This document shows, piece by piece, positions 60,157 to 64,000 of a stretch of 64,000 nucleotides of DNA. Origin of the DNA: Bacillota bacterium (GTDB lineage Bacteria > Bacillota > Clostridia > Lachnospirales > Lachnospiraceae); NCBI GenBank assembly GCA_023421075.1, contig JAEZUM010000046.1, positions 16,768 to 80,767 on the forward strand, given 5' to 3'. Within the stretch, counting starts at the first letter, position 1, and every line of letters starts with the position of its first letter. The notes beneath the pieces were generated by a model that saw only the letters and a program-made list of their open reading frames with translations, was not told the origin of the DNA and made no database searches. A program made the position numbers and the translations under genes.

Positions 60157-60585
60157 CTAGCTGTTCTGTTCATTGATACTGATCGTATAATAATTAAGAT
60201 CGGAACGACATTCATAACCTAATCCGCTCCAGAATTCATTCCCTTTCTTATTCTCAGTAAAACATACCAGCCCCAGCTTTGTTATTCCCTCATCTTTCAT
60301 CGATTCGGTTATTCGTTCCATCAATTTTCTTCCGATCGAACGTCTTCGGTAATTCTCATCGATACAGGCGTGATAGATGTATCCTCTTCTGCCATCATGT
60401 CCGCTGAATATAACCCCAACGATATGATTATCTTCTTCCGCAACGAAATTAGTAACAGGATTTCTCTTAAGGAATTTTTCAATCCCCTCTATGGAGTCAT
60501 CCACTTTGCGAAGGCCAACCCCGGGGGTTCTCTTCCAAAGCTGATAAACCTCATCATAATCCTTCATTGTGAAAAGTCTTATCAT
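60157..60585 (-). CDS. GNAT-family N-acetyltransferase
   Basis: 142 aa with the acetyl-CoA-binding motif RRRSIGRKLM. It is the first gene of the arg operon. Confidence 0.8.
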   Translation of the reverse strand: MIRLFTMKDYDEVYQLWKRTPGVGLRKVDDSIEGIEKFLKRNPVTNFVAEEDNHIVGVIFSGHDGRRGYIYHACIDENYRRRSIGRKLMERITESMKDEGITKLGLVCFTENKKGNEFWSGLGYECRSDLNYYTISINEQNS

Positions 60586-60696
60586 AATTCACCTCCATGA
60601 TGATGTTCTGTGTCTTCTTTCCGGGAGAGGAGTCTAACATGAGTTTCTTCCGGTATCCATGCCGGATAATAATAACCGCTGCATAAAATATTTATA

Positions 60697-60725
60697 ATTA
60701 TACATCTCGATTAAATTTTATGCAA
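60697..60725 (-). promoter_or_regulatory. sigma-A promoter of the GNAT-argJBD operon, overlapped by ARG-box-like sequences
   Basis: On the minus strand, TTGCAT (60725..60720) is followed by a 17-nt spacer and TATAAT (60702..60697). TGTATAATTATAAA (60704..60691) and TGCATAAAATTTAA (60724..60711) resemble the TGNAT-W4-ATNCA consensus. Confidence 0.55.
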
Positions 60726-60728
60726 TAC

Positions 60729-61337
60729 CTAATTTAATTTTTTTAGATCGATCCCATGAAGGAGAAGCGAGGCATAGATTTCTGCAATTGGAAAGCCGAC
60801 GATATTATAATAATCTCCTTCTATTTCCTTAATAAAGATACCGAATTTTCCTTGGATTGCATAAGCCCCCGCTTTGTCCATCGGTTCTCCTGTCGCGATA
60901 TAATCCTGTATCTGATCTTCTGTCAAGGGGTTCACTACTACCTTAGTACATACCGCAAAGGAAAAGCTCTCCTCACTACCGCCTTGCTTCATTATGATAA
61001 TATTGACTCCGGTACATACTTCGTGGGTCCGATCGGACAGCATTCGAAGCATTCTTGCTGCATCAATTGTATCCTTTGGCTTGCCAAGTGCATGCTCTTC
61101 GTAGAATACCATTGTATCAGCACCGATTATGATAATGTCCCTGTCATTCCCCTTCTTCTTCACCTGCTCTTTGATGGTTTCTGTCTTTAATCTGGCCAGT
61201 GCTTGTACCATCTGATCAGGCACGGTCTCCATAACCTCTTCCTTCACGTTGCTTGCCATTACTTGATAGGGTATTCCCATGGTCTCCATGATCTCTTTTC
61301 GTCTCGGTGATTCGGATGCTAATATTATCTGGTACAT
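60729..61337 (-). CDS. maf: Maf-family nucleoside-triphosphate pyrophosphatase
   Basis: 202 aa. LAS.SPRR N-terminal motif, GADT, and KAGAYAIQG. Confidence 0.9.
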   Translation of the reverse strand: MYQIILASESPRRKEIMETMGIPYQVMASNVKEEVMETVPDQMVQALARLKTETIKEQVKKKGNDRDIIIIGADTMVFYEEHALGKPKDTIDAARMLRMLSDRTHEVCTGVNIIIMKQGGSEESFSFAVCTKVVVNPLTEDQIQDYIATGEPMDKAGAYAIQGKFGIFIKEIEGDYYNIVGFPIAEIYASLLLHGIDLKKLN

Positions 61338-61526
61338 AATCGTCCTTTCCCAGGTCCTTCGTGGCCTGATAAACAGTTTATCGTTATTCGTACTTGTATC
61401 ATTAATTGACTTCTTATCTTACAGAAACATATCTTTCTTCTATTATAATAAATAGGAACTGTAAGTAAAGACAATTACTTTAAATTCTTCCTTCCTCTGC
61501 CAAACCGTAAATTGAAGCAGGAACAC

Positions 61527-61598
61527 AAATGTGTTGTATTTTTATACTTTTTTAAATTAACTATTGCATAATAATAAAATGTGTTGTATATTTATTAA
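61527..61598 (+). promoter_or_regulatory. argG promoter region with a duplicated 13-mer and three ARG-box-like sites
   Basis: TTGCAT (61564..61569), a 17-nt spacer, then TATATT (61587..61592). The exact 13-mer AAATGTGTTGTAT occurs at 61527 and 61577. ARG-box-like 14-mers lie at 61535, 61565 and 61585, each matching TGNAT-W4-ATNCA at 13 of 14 positions. Confidence 0.45.
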
Positions 61599-61668
61599 AA
61601 GTTATTTATAAAGCGAAGGAAGTATACTATAATTAAAACAATAGAAATCAATTAATGGAGGTTATCGT

Positions 61669-62880
61669 ATGAAAGAGAAAGTTATTCTTGCTTATTCCGG
61701 CGGTCTGGATACTACCGCTATCATTCCCTGGTTAAAGGAGAATTATGATTATGAAGTTGTCTGCGTATGTATTGATGTAGGGCAGGGAAACGAATTGGAC
61801 GGCTTAGAGGAGAGAGCTAAGCTCTCCGGTGCTACCAAGCTCTATATTGAAGATGTTGTCGAAGAATTCGTGAATGACTACGTTATGCCTTGTGTGAAAG
61901 CAAATGCAATCTATGAATATAAGTACCTCCTGGGAACCTCAATGGCTCGCCCGGTGATAGCGAAACGATTGGTTGAAATTGCAAGAATTGAGGGAGCTAC
62001 CGCAATCTGTCATGGTGCAACCGGTAAAGGAAATGATCAGGTACGTTTTGAATTAACGATAAAGGCACTGGCTCCTGATCTGAAGATTATCGCTCCCTGG
62101 AGAATCTGGACTATGGCCTCCCGTGAAGAGGAAATTGAATACTGTGAAAAGCATGGAATTCATCTACCCTTCTCCTCCGATAACAGTTATTCCCGTGATC
62201 GTAACTTATGGCACATCAGCCACGAGGGTCTTGAATTAGAATTACCCTCCAATGCACCGAACTATGACCATTTGCTTGTTCTTGGAGTATCTCCGGAAAA
62301 AGCACCTGACGAAGGAGAGACCCTCAGCTTAACCTTCGAGAAGGGTATCCCTACTGCTCTGAACGGCAAGAGTATGTCAGCAACCGATATCATTAAGGAA
62401 TTGAATGTGATCGGCGGAAAGCATGGTATCGGAATCGTTGATATCGTAGAGAATCGTGTCGTTGGTATGAAATCCCGTGGTGTATACGAGACCCCCGGCG
62501 GAACAATCCTGATGGAAGCGCATATGCAATTAGAGGAGCTTATTCTGGACCGTGCCACAATGACTGCCAAGAAGGAAGTTGGTAACCGCTTTGCCGATAT
62601 CGTTTATGAAGGAAAATGGTTCACCCCTCTTCGTGAAGCATATCAGGCTTTTGTGGATGTAACACAGGAATATGTAACCGGTGAGGTTAAACTTAAGCTT
62701 TATAAGGGTAATATCATCAGTCAGGGTACTACTTCTCCCTATTCCTTATATAATGAAAGCATTGCCTCCTTTACAACCGGAAGCCTCTATAACCATCATG
62801 ACGCAGAAGGCTTTATCAATCTCTTTGGTCTGTCCTTAAAGGTTCGTGCGATGAAGATGGCATCCCTCGATCAGAAATAA
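61669..62880 (+). CDS. argG: argininosuccinate synthase ArgG
   Basis: 403 aa. [10 protein letters not shown]-terminal motif, [13 protein letters not shown], and SRD.NL.H.S.EG. Confidence 0.95.
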   Translation: MKEKVILAYSGGLDTTAIIPWLKENYDYEVVCVCIDVGQGNELDGLEERAKLSGATKLYIEDVVEEFVNDYVMPCVKANAIYEYKYLLGTSMARPVIAKRLVEIARIEGATAICHGATGKGNDQVRFELTIKALAPDLKIIAPWRIWTMASREEEIEYCEKHGIHLPFSSDNSYSRDRNLWHISHEGLELELPSNAPNYDHLLVLGVSPEKAPDEGETLSLTFEKGIPTALNGKSMSATDIIKELNVIGGKHGIGIVDIVENRVVGMKSRGVYETPGGTILMEAHMQLEELILDRATMTAKKEVGNRFADIVYEGKWFTPLREAYQAFVDVTQEYVTGEVKLKLYKGNIISQGTTSPYSLYNESIASFTTGSLYNHHDAEGFINLFGLSLKVRAMKMASLDQK

Positions 62881-62924
62881 GTAAATTAGATACTTGAAGA
62901 AATACAATCTGTACCTACCTACCG

Positions 62925-62956
62925 AAAAGCCCCAAACGCGAACGTTTGGGGCTTTT
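62925..62956. terminator. bidirectional rho-independent terminator between argG and the convergent hydrolase gene
   Basis: 14-bp stem AAAAGCCCCAAACG / CGTTTGGGGCTTTT with a CGAA loop. The A and T tracts are symmetric. Confidence 0.8.
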
Positions 62957-62976
62957 CATACGTGACGATAGAAAAT

Positions 62977-63909
62977 TTACATATTAGAAAAACGCTTTAA
63001 GAACCGCTCTACCATCTTTTCATATTCCCTACTGTTCTTGCAATAGCTGCCGGCATGCTTCGCACCTGCCACAAGATACATTGCTTTATTTTTCTTCTTA
63101 TTATGATACATCTGTCTTGTCATATCTGCCGGAACCAGATTATCTATTTTGCCATGAATGAATAACACCGGTGTCAGGGAATGACGGATCACACGGATCG
63201 GTGACACTTCGTTATACCAGAAGCCTGCCCTCAGATAGGTCAGAAAGCTCTCAATCGGTATCAGGATGCAGGGTAGATGGTAATACTGTTTTAACTGATG
63301 ACACAACAATTGTGTCAGATCAGAATAAGCGCAGTCGGCGATTGCAAAATTAACCCGATGATCGATGCCCAAATGCATTAGTACCGTAGCAGCTCCCATC
63401 GATTCTCCGTGTGTTACGATGGTACATTTCTTACCATATCGGTCGTAACACCAGTCTACCAGCTTTTTCAGATCATACCTCTCATAAAAACCCATGGAGG
63501 TATGTGCCTTTCCACTATAACCATGATTTCGATGATCATAAATAATGACTCGATAACCCAAGCGAAAGAACATCTTAGCATATTTTATGCCACTGTATTT
63601 TGCATAGCCGAGCCCATGGCATAGAATCGCGATCTTCTCCGTGGTATTCTTCCTCTGATCTCCATTCCTGGTATCCCCTCTCCCAACCTGACTTCTTCCA
63701 TCCAATAGCTCACAGGATATTCGGTATCCGTAATCCGATTTCAGAGTGAAGATCTCTTTCTCCCAGGAATAATATTCTTCCGTGTCAACCTTGTTACAGT
63801 TGACCTCTCTTTGACAGCCTTTCCCATAAGGCAACATTCTTGGTTTAACAATCAAATCAGACAGGCACCAAAGCCATTCAAACAGCCATACTCCGACAAT
63901 TACTATCAT
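62977..63909 (-). CDS. membrane-anchored alpha/beta hydrolase
   Basis: 310 aa. N-terminal hydrophobic helix, HGLG oxyanion region, GESMGA nucleophile elbow, and a C-terminal HG..D and H. Confidence 0.75.
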   Translation of the reverse strand: MIVIVGVWLFEWLWCLSDLIVKPRMLPYGKGCQREVNCNKVDTEEYYSWEKEIFTLKSDYGYRISCELLDGRSQVGRGDTRNGDQRKNTTEKIAILCHGLGYAKYSGIKYAKMFFRLGYRVIIYDHRNHGYSGKAHTSMGFYERYDLKKLVDWCYDRYGKKCTIVTHGESMGAATVLMHLGIDHRVNFAIADCAYSDLTQLLCHQLKQYYHLPCILIPIESFLTYLRAGFWYNEVSPIRVIRHSLTPVLFIHGKIDNLVPADMTRQMYHNKKKNKAMYLVAGAKHAGSYCKNSREYEKMVERFLKRFSNM

Positions 63910-63917
63910 AATTCACC

Positions 63918-63999
63918 TCATACTGCCGCATTACGGCACAAATTTACCGATATAAATTCATCATCTCCAATTATCAGGGTATTATTCTTGCTTTTTGTT
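63918..63999 (-). CDS. 3' end of an unidentified upstream gene (fragment at the window edge)
   Basis: My own translation. This is the only minus-strand frame open from the edge: ...TKSKNNTLIIGDDEFISVNLCRNAAV, then a TGA that overlaps the GAGGTG Shine-Dalgarno of the next gene. It is too short to identify. Confidence 0.25.
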   Translation of the reverse strand, partial: TKSKNNTLIIGDDEFISVNLCRNAAV

Positions 64000-64000
64000 T

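Overview
This window looks like chromosomal core from an endospore-forming Clostridia (Lachnospiraceae-like, roughly 40% GC by eye). All but three genes (2841..3653, 3825..4697, argG) are on the minus strand. Reading along the minus strand from high to low coordinates, I see five blocks. (1) Arginine genes: argG divergent from a GNAT-argJ-argB-argD operon, with maf between them. (2) comEA, an OmpR/HK two-component pair, a GerMN lipoprotein and comEC. (3) A 1125-aa secreted multidomain protein, an MBL hydrolase and a PhzF protein. (4) The conserved block murE-priA-def-fmt-(Zn peptidase)-rsmB-rlmN-prpC-prkC-rsgA-rpe-thiN-ychF-lgt. (5) A dcw/sporulation cluster: mraZ-rsmH-ftsL-pbp-spoVD-mraY-murD-ftsW-[structured RNA]-murA-ftsQ-ftsZ-spoIIGA-sigE-sigG. 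After these comes an agr-type quorum-sensing cassette (agrC-agrA-agrB-agrD) and a small accessory set: a degenerate ABC-ATPase homologue, nitroreductase, ROK fructokinase, alpha/beta hydrolase and GH2 beta-mannosidase. I found no tRNA, rRNA, CRISPR array, transposase or integrase. Most of the window is ordinary housekeeping. The items worth a second look are: an agrD-like precursor whose reading frame is broken by an in-frame TGA just before the autoinducer-coding part; a catalytically degenerate orphan ABC-ATPase homologue next to it; a ~183-nt GC-rich long-hairpin RNA (6S-like) inside the dcw cluster; tandem repeats at the 3' ends of both comEC (12/13-nt units) and comEA (19-nt units); and a large TSP3/vWA secreted protein ending in a Cys/His amidase-like domain. 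All functional calls come from reading the supplied translations and my memory of family motifs. No database search was run.
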